Of a DNA stretch of 64,000 bases, positions 52,682-64,000 are shown piece by piece (position 1 is the first letter of the stretch; every line of letters starts with the position of its first letter). Where the stretch lies: NCBI GenBank assembly GCA_028534125.1, contig CM052817.1:81966001-82030000 (forward strand). The letters run 5' to 3'. The notes under the pieces are model-generated. The model had not been told where the DNA came from and made no database searches. It saw only the letters and a program-made list of their open reading frames with translations. Position numbers and translations under genes: made by a program. Source of the DNA: Lama glama (Eukaryota).

Positions 52682-52892
52682 TTTTTTTTTATTGTCATAT
52701 AGTCAGTTTACAATGTTGTGGCAATTTCTGGTGTACAGCATAATGTTTCAGTCATACATATACATACATTTATTCCTTTTCATATTTGTTTATTAGAGGC
52801 TACTATAAGGTACTGAATATAGTTCCCTGTTCTATATAGAAAAAAACTTGTTACTTATCTATTTTATATACAGTAGTTAGCATCTGCAAATC
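52682..52892 (-). mobile_element. Short L1 3' UTR fragment with poly(A) tail; same subfamily as 48732-48938
   Basis: T-run then attgtcatatagtcagtttacaatgttgtg...tgaatatagttccctgttctata...tagttagcatctgcaaatc. Confidence 0.88.
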
Positions 52893-53179
52893 ATTTATAT
52901 ATATGACATAAAAACTTTTAATATACTTGGATGTTGTGTTTTATTCTGTTCAACCATATTTTTACTTGTGCAGTCCCATTTTATTTGCATTATGTAGTGA
53001 CAAATAGCCAATGTCAGGTGGGAAGGGAGGTAGTTCAGTTAAAGAATATCTAACTGTGATGCAAATTGGAGAGAGGATCTCCATTACTTTTTAATGAATT
53101 AGACCTCTGCTGTACAAATGGAATTATGGATAGTCTTTAAATAACAACAACCAAACAATAAAAATAACCTTATCAGCAA

Positions 53180-53825
53180 CAATTACTGAGTGCTCATTAT
53201 TTGCCAAGCATAGTTCCAAGTTCTTTACAGGTATACTTTTCAAGTATGTTATTGAATGCTTTAAAATAAATCAGAGTAAAGAAATTAGGTGTTAGAGTAA
53301 TTAAGGAGGGAAGATCTTGGTATTTTAGGGAAAAAAATGAAGTCACCTCTACTAAAGTTTCATGTGAGTAGAGACCTGAGAAAAAATTAAGGAAGTGAGC
53401 TTTGAGGTACATGATGAAGAACATTGCAGGGAATGGAAATAGCAGACACAAAGGCCTGAACGTGTTCTTGAAGGGTCGGGAAAAGAACAGGCGGGATTCA
53501 GAATGTCTGCAGCCCAGGGTGAAGAGAGAGAAAGGTGGAGGTGAGATCAGAGAGGATGTTGTGGACCAAATAAGAGAGACTATGGCAAAATCTGCTTTTA
53601 TGGTAGGTGCTTTAAGAAACTTTGGGAAGATTTTGACATGATTTCACTCACTTTGCATAATTTTCACACTAACTGCCATTAAGAGCTGATAGAATGGATT
53701 GTAGGAGGCAAGGTCAGAAGAAAAACATTAGTCAGGAATTATTGCAATAGTCCATGGAGAGGTGATGTTGGCCTGAACTAGCATATTACTGGAGGAGGGC
53801 GTGGGGAGCGACTGGATTCTAGCTG
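53180..53825 (-). mobile_element. L2/MIR fragments, antisense
   Basis: ttactgagtgctcattatttgccaagcat...; gaagaacattgcagggaatggaaatagcagacacaaaggcctgaa; tattgcaatagtccatggagaggtgatgttggcctgaacta. Confidence 0.7.
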
Positions 53826-53839
53826 ACTTTTCTACTTTA

Positions 53840-54800
53840 AACGTCAATGCCTCAAACCAAACTCCTCCTATGTCTCCCACTGACCTCTTCTCCTAATTAA
53901 CAATCTTTCTTGTCTCAGGAAGTGAGGACTCCATTTTTTCAATTGTTTAGTTCAAATATCCTGAAATCACCCTTGACCACTCTCTTTTTCCAACACCTTT
54001 CGTCACATCATTGATGAATCATATCAGTCTACCTTTAAGTCATTCCCTTCTAGCCAACTCTCCTGCTACCTTCTGAATCCAGGCTGCCATTATGTTTTTG
54101 CCTACATCATTAAAATAACATTTCAATGGTTCTCCCTTCTTTCATCCTTCCCCCTTAAATATCTTCTCAGTAGAAGAGGCAGAGAGAGAGAGAGAGACAG
54201 AGGGAGAATCTGCTTAGACCCATCAGATTGTAACAGTCAAAACTACATCAGCTTCTCAGCTCATCAGGAATGGAAGTTGACATCTTTCCTGTTGATGGAC
54301 CTTAAGGCCCCACATGCTCTGCTGTACCCGGTCTCCCCTTCCTTTTACTTTCACCCCCTGGGTTCTCACTGTTTCTTGAATATCCTAGGCACATACCACC
54401 TTAGTCTTGTGGATTTCTTTCTCCTCTGCTTAAAATATTCTGTCCAAAGAAAACCATGTGACTAGATCTCTTTAGGTCCTTACTCAGAATCATCTCCATG
54501 GAGTCTTCCCTGGCAACTCAATCTAAAGTTCCACACCTCTACACCTACACACACATACACACACACACACACTCTGCTCTCTCCCTTCTCTGGTTTCCTT
54601 CTTAGCATTTATCATTATCATTATTTATTACAATGTGCATTTTGCTTATTTCTGTTGTTTATTGTCTGTCTCCTGTGTTAGAATCTATATTCCATCAGGT
54701 CAAAGATTTTCTTTGTTTTATAACTGCTGTCTCCCCAGCATCTAAAACAGTGTCTGGCATATTCTAGATGTCCAAGGAGCATTTGTTAAATAATGAACAA
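53840..54800 (+). mobile_element. L2 LINE 3' portion containing (AG)n (54179-54205) and (CA)n (54540-54572)
   Basis: caaaccaaactcct...ccttgaccactctctt...ctgctgtctccccagcatctaaaacagtgtctggcatattctagatgtccaaggagcatttgttaaataatgaa (L2 tail). Confidence 0.8.
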
Positions 54801-55184
54801 GTTATTAACAATGGATCCAACTTCCTAGACTAACACCAGACAATTGCTGATATAATCATAACTCATTAAAATAAATATCCTATTTTTCAGTTTGGGAGGT
54901 AGAAAATAGAAAAAAATTTTCAAGTATGTATGCATGTATTTCTCTGTGCATACAACAGGAAATAATTTAATTAAGCCAACATTTATTGAATACGTATATG
55001 CCCCAAGTCTTTTGCTGGGAGGTGACAAATATAAACATTAACAAACTATGCTTCTGTACAGAAGTGGTTCAGAATTTGTAATTTTTAAGATGCTGTTGTT
55101 GGAACATTTCATGCATGCCAAGATGAGGCTATTTCAGTTACTTACATAATCCTATTTTATATTCTCAAAAGTGACATCTGCTTT

Positions 55185-55380
55185 GAAAAGCATAGGGTTG
55201 AAGTGCACCTATATTACTCTCTAGTTTTGTGAGTTTGGACATATTATTTACATTCCTAGGTCTAATTTATCTCATTGAATAACAAAGCAGAGTTATTGAG
55301 CATAGTCAGTGCATTAATACGTGGAAACTACTTAGCCTAGTGGTTGTAAAACAGAAAACTTTTAAATATATTAATCATTA
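55185..55380 (+). mobile_element. MIR fragment
   Basis: ctagttttgtgagtttggaca...agttattgagcatagtcagtgcattaatacgtggaaactacttagcctagtg. Confidence 0.55.
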
Positions 55381-58300
55381 TTTTACATCTATTATTTAAA
55401 TTTATTATTAAAAATCTTGCAAACTTAGTAGTTTCTGAAAACAACTATAATATGAATATATAACTGGGGGATAGTATTTATTAAAAACACACACAGGTAT
55501 GCAGTTGGGGCAATGATATATGGAGACACCTCCACTGCTGGTGGGAATGTTATTTGCTCCCATACTTCAGGAAAAATTTGGCCACTGGTATCAAGAGTCT
55601 TAAAACTGTGGAACATATATATGAGGGCCAGATAAAGTCTAAGAATAGAGAGTCTGTTCAGACAAAAATTCAAAATAAATTTCGTAACATAAAATAAACT
55701 AATTGGAGGAATAGTCAATTAAAATAACTAAAAGCTATGGTCTTGATCTGCTAGATAATAGAAAGTTATTATAATTTTTTAAGGTTTGTTCTTCTAAGAC
55801 TATGTAATTTGTATTGGAAAAGAGGGACACTAAAGGAACAAAGAGCCTATTAAGAATTTATAGTAACTGCTCAACTATTTAGTGGAATGGTATTGAGTCG
55901 GGGATAACAAAAGTATTTAAAAGTGAAAAATTTGAGAAATATTATAATAGAAGAATTAACAAAAATTCAAGATTTTTTTCTTTACTTTTTAAATTTCAGT
56001 AACTCTGAGCTTAAAACATTAAGCATCTTTAACTTTTCCCTCTCTACAGAAACGCTGAGTCATATCTAACTAGAAGGGATTAGAAAGATCAATGTTTTCT
56101 TAATTAAAGGCATATAATCAAAAGCCTAACAACAACAAAACCACATCGGTCACTTAGAAATTTTCACTAATTCAATGTAAATTTAAAAAGTGAAAGATAA
56201 ATAAAATACTAAAAATAAAATAATTAAAGTTATATGGAGTATTCAAATGAATCAAAGCTATAAATCTCATTTTAAGAAACTAAATTAAATTATTAAGTGC
56301 ACTAATTTAATCCAGAAGTGATTTCCCTGTCATTAAGTATTCTCCCTTTTGAGTAGTGTAAATATTTCATATAAATTTCTTTCCCTTAATATTATGTGTG
56401 TGTAAAAATTTTATAGTGTTCAAAATATTTTGAAATTTTACTTTTAATTAACGTTTAGTGACAGTGGCAAGTAATTAAATGCAAAATGCACCTTTGTTTG
56501 GGATCCCGGTGATTTCTTGATTATGAATGGAAAAATTTAACAGAAGTTTATTCTAATGTTTCTTCACTCCAGTTTTTCAGTTTAATCAAACACAGATGGT
56601 TTCTACAAAACTAAAATGTTTATCTTTTTCTTTGGTGTTTATTAGAATCTAAACCAACTGCTTATCAGTTGAGAATCTTCCCTTAAATTAAGCATTTGAA
56701 TAATAAACTATTATAACATAATAGGGACAGATGGATGTTTACACCTAAACTGAATGATATATAATTTTCATGGTCATCATTTTCCCTTTCAAAAGTCTAT
56801 TTTGGCTTTTTTCCAGTTTCAATCCACTTCATTAGTCTTTCATGAATTGTCCAACATGACAGTTATTTGATTTAACCAATTCAAAGGCATCCTACTGAGT
56901 AAGTAATCAAGGCCTGCTGATTCAACATTATACTGTGGGGAATAACTGTTTCAAACTATATTATTTCTCAGTATATAATAAAGAACACTTGGATTTTAAG
57001 TTGGATAAAACCTGACAATTTTCAGCTGAAACTTTCAAGTGGGTAAAGGTTTATCCACTTATAATTAAAAATACTAAACCTTAACAGTTTGCTTAGGAGA
57101 TAAATAAACATCCTAAGTTCACTTTATATTTTTAAATTTTATGAAACTTGATTTGGGGGGGAAGATTTCTGGGATATCTGTCAAACAACTCTTAAACTCT
57201 GAAATAATATCAATATTTAACAACTGTCTTTATGATTAAATTAGTTTTTTTGTTTTTTATTTTTGTTTTCTTCTATTTTTGTTTTGTTTTGTTTTGCTTG
57301 AGGTTCTGGGCACTGTTCCACAGTTCTACACAGTTCTAGCAAGATGTAAGTTGAGACATTTCCAAAGCAACAACTGTATGCATATTAACCTTTTTATTTG
57401 AAACCAAAGATGGTAGAAACTATCTACATATGAATGTACCATCTTTCTACTTAAACCCCATTTCTTAAAAATAATTATAGGACATCAGGGAAATATCCTT
57501 TTCTTTCGTATCAGTTGATATCCAGTACATGATGTATAATTCCAGCGTTGATTTCATTGTATTATGATCCTCTTGCTTCTTAAGCTATCATTCAAGTCAT
57601 TGTCCATAGGCCTCATTATCTTCATCAGCAGAAAGAGAGTTTAAGTGTGTTATGGAAGGAACAAATGATTCTTCCCTCTAGGGTCTGGCTCAGTCTGGAA
57701 ACTGTTCTTCCAATCGGAAGAAATATTATATTAGGCCCCTTTCCAACACTCTTAACAGGCTCAGAAAATCGTCAGCGAAAAAATAAATGAATAATAAGGA
57801 ATGATATTTCGAGATAATAATCAACATATGTCTGGCCTTTTGAATACAAAGGTGTAATGAGATGCAATTAGTATTGAAATCTTAGCACAAGAAATAAATA
57901 TTTCTGATCTATATGGGACAAGACTATCCTAACTAAAAGTTTCAACAAAATATGACTAAGAAAAGAGGAGAATTAGGAGTAAATGGAGACAGAGAAAATA
58001 CTCTGTAGACTTGAATTCTGTAGAAAATTAAATTTAATTATCATTCCAGAAAGAGTATTTTGTCATTCTGATTCTATCTGCTGTCCTTATAAAGGCATAA
58101 TTTAAAAGAATCTTTTCATTATTGCTAATACAAGTACATGAATGGAACATGAAATAGCAACTGTAATCAAATTCATGTGTTCCGAAAAGACAGCAATATA
58201 ATTAATATTCCTTTTTGAAAGATTTTCACCTGATATTAGATATTATTAAGTTTGCTTTCCCTAAGGATTGTCTCTTCTTTTCTGTCTGCAATGGAATGAA

Positions 58301-59039
58301 AAGATTCTTAGCATTAATTATTTTGAAATTTGAGGAGAAATGCACCTTTGGCATCATAGATTATATTGAAGCTACTGAAGGATTGATATGTTCCAGATTT
58401 CCTTCAGTTTTGTTTTTCCTCCTGCCATAAAATGCATAAAGAGAGCATATCAGGCATATTATCACCTTATCAGTGTATTTTAGTAAAGGGAATGTGTGTA
58501 TTTTTCAAAAATATGAATCTAAATACTTGGCTGGAAGTTCATAACCTAGAACAGGGAAGGAATTGAAACATCAGCAAAATGTCCCATAAATTTTACATAA
58601 AGACGATAAAATTCATTTTTAAGTATCATTCTGTAGGATCCAAAAATTAAATCTTGAAACCTAAAGAAAAAACAGTAATTATTAGAATGATCTATAAGAC
58701 ATTGAACTTAAAACTTTGGTTCTGGACATCACTCAAGTCCTTATCTAAAGAAAATTATGTGGCTACTGAGTTCTAAAAATATGCAAAACATCAACACATC
58801 AACAACCTGTAATTCTATCTTAAAATTATGGAACATTTAATCCTTGTTTTAATAATTATTTCCAACTATTCATTCATTCTTTTTTTCTTTCATTATGGGC
58901 TAACATTAGAATTTAATGTATTCATCTATAGTAAATGTCTTGAAGGGGTATTTTCAAATATAGATATAAAACAAACAAAACTAATAATGTAGAAATTTCA
59001 CTTCTGGTTCATAGGGGTTAGATAATTTATACTAAAATT

Positions 59040-60775
59040 TCCACCAAATGTAACTGGAAAATCTGTCATCCAAATTTGGGTATGTTCTAGGGGTAGAGAA
59101 ATGATTTAACATATAGATGTTTGGGTAAATCATTACATTAATAATTAAAGGAAAAAAGTCATGGAATTTTCCCAGTAGATGCTAGGGAAGCATTTGATCA
59201 AATTCAACATACATTCATTATTAAATAATTAGATAAATAAAGCTTTTGGTAAAACTAAAAAGAAAAGGGAACTCTGCTAATATTATAAAGAAAAACTAGA
59301 TTAAAAGTCATACTTAAATGTAATATATTGACATTTTTCTTATAAAGAATGGGGATAAGGTAAGAATATACTCTATTATATATTTTATTCAACATTATAC
59401 AGGAATTACTAGTCAGTGCAAAAATGTAAGACTTAGAAAGAAAACGTTTTAAGGACTGGTTAAAGAAGAAATAATATTGCCATTATTTATAGATAATATG
59501 ATTGGGCACACATAAATCTAGAAGGTCTACAGATAAAATACTAGTATAGATAAATACGCTTAACACTTCCTGCATAAAAAGTCAAAGTACAAAAAAAGCA
59601 ATTTTATTTTCTTCTTTATTTCCTTATAACTATCCTTACAAACAATATTTGAAAATAAAATTTTAAAGATGGTAATCCATATAGGAGCACCACAAACAAA
59701 ATAACTGGAAATGATGTTATAATAGATGTACAACATATCAACATAAAATTTTGTTAAATATTATTGAGAAAAAATTTCAAAATAAAAATAAAGGGAAAAG
59801 AATATCACATTCATGGAACATAAAGACACTATTTTAAACACATCAGTTCTTTAGAAATTTTTGTGTAGATTCTATGCAATTTTCCTAAAATTTCTGCAAG
59901 GTCTTACATGAATTCACAAATTCTAAATTGCATATAGAAATTCAAAGTCAAAATTAGAGAAGACAGTTTTTAAGATCTACAGAATGGGAGCACACTTACT
60001 CTACTGAGTATCACACCTCTTTGCTAGTCTACATGAATTGTAACAGGGCAGCACTGCATGGTGATAGATTAATAGAACAATGGATCAAAATAAAGAGTCC
60101 AGAAACTGGCCCATTCATAGTTGGATAGTTGAACTTTGACAAAAGTGGTACTGAAAAATAGTGAGAAGGATTATCTTTTCATTAATACTCCAGAATGAAA
60201 GGTATAACTATAAAAAATAAATAAAATTTAGTCACATCCTTCACACTGTACTCAAAATGCAGATAGCATAGCAATTAGCTTCTAAAAATTAACAAAGGGG
60301 AATGTTTTTATAAACTCTGAGAAGGATTTCTTAAACCAAATATAAAATGCACTAATATTAAAGAGAAGACTTATAAAATGGATTACATTAAAGATAAGGG
60401 ATTCTATAACTCAAAAGATAGCATTAAAAAATAAAAATGGAATAAAAAATTGCAACACATATAACAACAACAAAAAAAAACCCTCATATAATCTACAAAT
60501 CAATGAGAAAAAAGTCCAGTAATTAATGGGAGTTGGGACTTGAATAAGCACTTCACTAAAATTATCCACTTAAACGATTAACATAGAAAAAGATGTTTGA
60601 CTTCATTAATAATTGGGGAAATGCCACTAAGACCAAAAGTAAGATACTCTTACATACCTAGAAGAATATCTAAAATTTAAAAGATTGGCTATAACCAAAT
60701 TTTGTCACCATTGTCACTGCAAATGTAAATTGGTACAAACACCTGGGAAATTTTTTGGCTGCATCTATTTTATTT

Positions 60776-60834
<59 letters not shown>

Positions 60835-60930
60835 CACATTTTATATTCCATATGAGAAGTATTATGCCTTTACTCTCAAATAAATGAATGTATATGTATA
60901 CACAAGACATCTATAAAAATATTTCAGGTA
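59040..60930 (+). mobile_element. Old L1M (ORF2 relic, many stops and indels)
   Basis: gtagatgctagggaagcatttgatcaaattcaacat (RT 'DAEKAFDKIQH' relic), aatagaacaatggatcaaaataaagagtccagaaa, aatgtaaattggtacaaacacctgggaaa. Confidence 0.8.
60785..60827. repeat. (TA)n microsatellite, ~21 units
   Basis: Directly visible. Confidence 0.95.
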
Positions 60931-61899
60931 GAATTAAACATTAAGAGCATATTAAGATGAGAAAAAAAGAAAAAATATATATGCTTCATAAGATAAAGTA
61001 CAAGGAAATGAATTTAGAGTCATTAGCTCTATATACATATAAAATACCAAACTAGACTCACATAAGAAAGAATTTCAAAGCAGAGTTAATTATATCTACC
61101 AAAAGTGTCAGAAGTACACTTAGAAGTATAAAAGTATGAACTTTATCTCTCAGCACATTACTATTTAATCACTTCATGTGCCAAAGCATTGTCCACATCC
61201 TAGTGGAAAAATTATTAAGTCTATATTCACATACATGTCATCTTTGGCAATTCTACATGCTTCTTTTAATATTATCTGTTTAAGAAAACCTTGCTTTGTT
61301 GTTAGTCAAAGAGTAATATTTTATACTTAACAGATCAGAGTGTAATACTGTTTTACTCAAATATAAAAATGTTGGAATGTAAATAAACTTTTAAAACTTT
61401 GGAAAGAGAAAATACAAAGAGTGTTTTGAGACTTTTTTCTCTCATCCAACCTCAAGTTTACAGTGCTGACAAGATCTTCCTTCCTTGCTTTGGTCCCAAT
61501 GGTTGACTTGATATGATACAGGATAATCATTCAAATAGAAAGACCTAAAATTGTAGCAGTCTACTTCTCTTAAAAATAAAGATAATCTGTGTCCACGTTT
61601 CGAGGTATAGTTCTGCTGCATAGTTATTATCCTAGCAATATTGAGTTTTCTCCATATATATATATATACACACTCACGGATGACTTTAAGGAAGGAACAA
61701 CATTTCAAATTAGTGTATGTTTTCTTTTATAGAAATTTCAAGTACACATGCTCATGAATATTACTCTATGATGAATATAAAATACATAATTTACTTCTAG
61801 CTTGGAACTGTCATTCTCTGTTTTCTATCTAAAATTATATTGACATTCTCAAAGTATAGGAAAGAGAAGACCTAATTAGCTCTAAAGAAGTGAAGTTTG

Positions 61900-62207
61900 A
61901 CTCATGGACAGAGAATACAGACTTGTGGTTACCGGGGTGGGGGGGGGGTAGAGGGTGGGAAGGGATAGACTGGGATTTCAAAATTGTAGAATAGATAAAC
62001 AAGATTACACTGTATAGCACAGGGAAATATACACAAAATGTTATGATAAATCACAGAGGAAAAAATGTGGCAATGAGTGTGTATATGTCCATGAATGACT
62101 GAAAAATTGTGCTGAACACTGGAATTTGACACAACACTGTAAAATGATTATGAATCAATAAAAAATGTAAAAAAAAAAAGAAGAAATCTCCAAAAAAAAA
62201 AGAAAAA
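61900..62207 (+). mobile_element. Young 5'-truncated L1 3' end with a perfect 16-bp TSD
   Basis: TSD AAAGAAGTGAAGTTTG at 61884-61899 and 62208-62223; G-rich 3' UTR tract; tcAATAAA; poly(A) tail. Confidence 0.93.
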
Positions 62208-62734
62208 AAAGAAGTGAAGTTTGTTCAGCCAGAGTTGTAATAATAAAATGGAGTTTTTTGCTAACAGTTAGTGTTAAAACTTTAAGTTTTAAAAAAATCC
62301 TAAACTGATAGCAGCATGGTGGATTCAAATATAGTAATTTATCAACTTTCTTGTTACAATTTTAAATGTTTTGAAACTTTGGTAAAATTTCTCTTGGAAG
62401 GGGATAAATTAAAGTGAATTTATTTTCAGGTCAATCTTTCAAAACCTTTTTTTTCCCCACTGTATCTATCCAAAGCAATGTTGTATAAATTTGTTTAAGA
62501 CCTCACTTTACAGAAGGAAACACCAAAGTTTTCCTTTAAAGGTTTTAGTAATTTGGGCAAAAAAGATAAAATATAGAATTGAAAATTTGGCTTTTTACAT
62601 GTTAACTTAATAAATTCTAAGAAATTTAAATGAAGAGTGTAGCTAATTAACATATACATTTTCTACTCAACATAAAATATTTAGTATATATCTGGCATTG
62701 GGTTAAGTGCTAGAAATTAAGTTCCTTGATGTCA

Positions 62735-63083
62735 AGATCTGGATGTTTGTGTCCCCTCCAAATTTATGCTGAAATCCTAACCTCCAAAGGCAATGGTATT
62801 AGTAGACAGCCCTGAGTTCCCAAATAGCAATCAGAATTTACTCCAGCTCTATGCGTGAATCATCTTGGGCGCCTTTGAGAGGGATTAGCGCTCTTCTAGA
62901 AGTGATCCCACAGAGCTCCCTAGCCCCTTCCGCATGTGAGTCTACGGGCCGGGGCTTTCATCTGAGCACACCAGCACCTACCCTGGGCTTCCGGCCTCCA
63001 GAACTGCGAGAAATGAATTTCTGTTGTCTATAAGCCCCCCAGTCTGTGGTACTTCGTTACAGTAGCCTAAACGGACTGAAATA
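62735..63083 (+). mobile_element. MaLR solo LTR (MLT1A-like)
   Basis: atgtttgtgtcccctccaaattt...gaaatcctaacc...ggcctccagaactgcgagaaatgaatttctgttgtctataagcc...cagtctgtggtacttcgttacagtagcctaaacggactgaaata. Confidence 0.85.
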
Positions 63084-63544
63084 GTAATGGATGGGGATAT
63101 TTATTCAACCATTTATAATGAGGTAAATAAAGATAATGATTCTAAAATGTGATGGGACATAGAGGAAGAAGTACTGATTCAAATGAGGTAGAAGAGGTGA
63201 TAAGAGCCTGCATGTGTGGGAGAATGGGTCTTCTAGAAGGGGGTGATGTTTCAACTGATCCTTTTAAAAATGAATGTTTTTGTGGGAAAGAAATAATATT
63301 GAACTATTCTAAGCAAAAATTAAAATTTAGAGCAGAGGCATCATGAATTAGATAGATAATCTTTTTCTGCCCACATTCAGATGCTTGAAATTATCTCATG
63401 GTCATGCCTGAATCCAAGATGGTCTGCAAAACATAGCTCATGGCCACATAACTACTTCTAGCAAGAATGACACATAATTTTGGAGAGACTGTGGAAATTG
63501 TTGGACAGAAACAAAATAAGACAGTTCATTTTCTCATTTGTCTT

Positions 63545-64000
63545 TTTCTGTGTTAAATATCACATAACAATGTGGCTTAAAACTAGAATTTGTAATTATT
63601 TTTCGTAGTACTGAGTTTTGACGAGGACCAAATGAATGGTTGGAGTCTCTCAATCAGCGTGAATTAGTGAGTGGGGAAGAAGTCATCCGAAGGCTCAGCT
63701 GGGCTGAATATCCAAGATGACTCACTCACAGAGCTGGAGTTCATTCTGATTGCTATTTGGGAACTCAGGGCTATCTACTCAGGTGCCTTTGTGTGGTGTT
63801 CCCGTGTGGCTTCAGCGTCTCACAGCATGGGATCTAAAAGCAAGTCTTGCAAAGGTTAGGAAAGATATCAAAGGATATGCTGTCAGTGTCTTAAGGACTG
63901 AGGCAAAAATCTAGCACAGTCTCACTTCTGTCTCATTCTGTTGGTCCAAGTACTCAGACAATCCTTCCAGCTAAAGGAAGGGGAAGCAGTCCTCAGCTCT
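63545..64000 (-). mobile_element. Old MaLR LTR (MLT1F/H-like), running to the window edge
   Basis: gtggcttaaaac...gaaggctcagctgggctgaatatccaagatgactcactcaca...tcacagcatgg...tcacttctgtctcattctgttggtc. Confidence 0.75.

Noticed and set aside
61934..61964. G-quadruplex-forming tract
   Set aside because: It is the standard G-rich tract of L1 3' UTRs and is explained by the element.
24100..64000. Additional genes or processed pseudogenes among the many 60-140 aa ORFs downstream of FAT4
   Set aside because: None resembles a protein family I recognise except L1 relics; there is no consistent exon chain or CpG-island promoter. A spliced lncRNA cannot be excluded from sequence alone.

Overview
This is mammalian genomic DNA, probably from a camelid: it carries a Vic-1-type tRNA-derived SINE and I see no primate, rodent, ruminant or pig SINEs. 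Bases ~1-24,000 hold the 3' end of the atypical cadherin gene FAT4 on the + strand. There are eight coding exons (180-284, 4101-4408, 8589-8674, 9556-9735, 11970-12094, 13739-13956, 18394-18655, 20972-22836), all GT-AG and phase-compatible. Spliced, they give 3149 nt encoding the last ~1049 aa: EGF, LamG, EGF, LamG, EGF-like repeats, a transmembrane helix and the cytoplasmic tail ending EAEQYV. A ~1.15 kb 3' UTR follows. A 500-N assembly gap lies in an intron. The remaining ~40 kb is AT-rich gene desert with L1, L2, MIR, MaLR and DNA-transposon relics. The most unusual object is an ERV1-like solo LTR (48939-49501) nested in an L1, carrying a phased array of 7-8 CCAAT boxes, two octamers and a TATA box. 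Other oddities are an in-frame 9-bp duplication of the FAT4 stop codon, a young L1 with a possible short 3' transduction, and two perfect palindromes in one intron. I found no evidence of a new protein-coding system. Repeat family names come from recalled consensus sequences, not a database search, and boundaries of old repeats are approximate.
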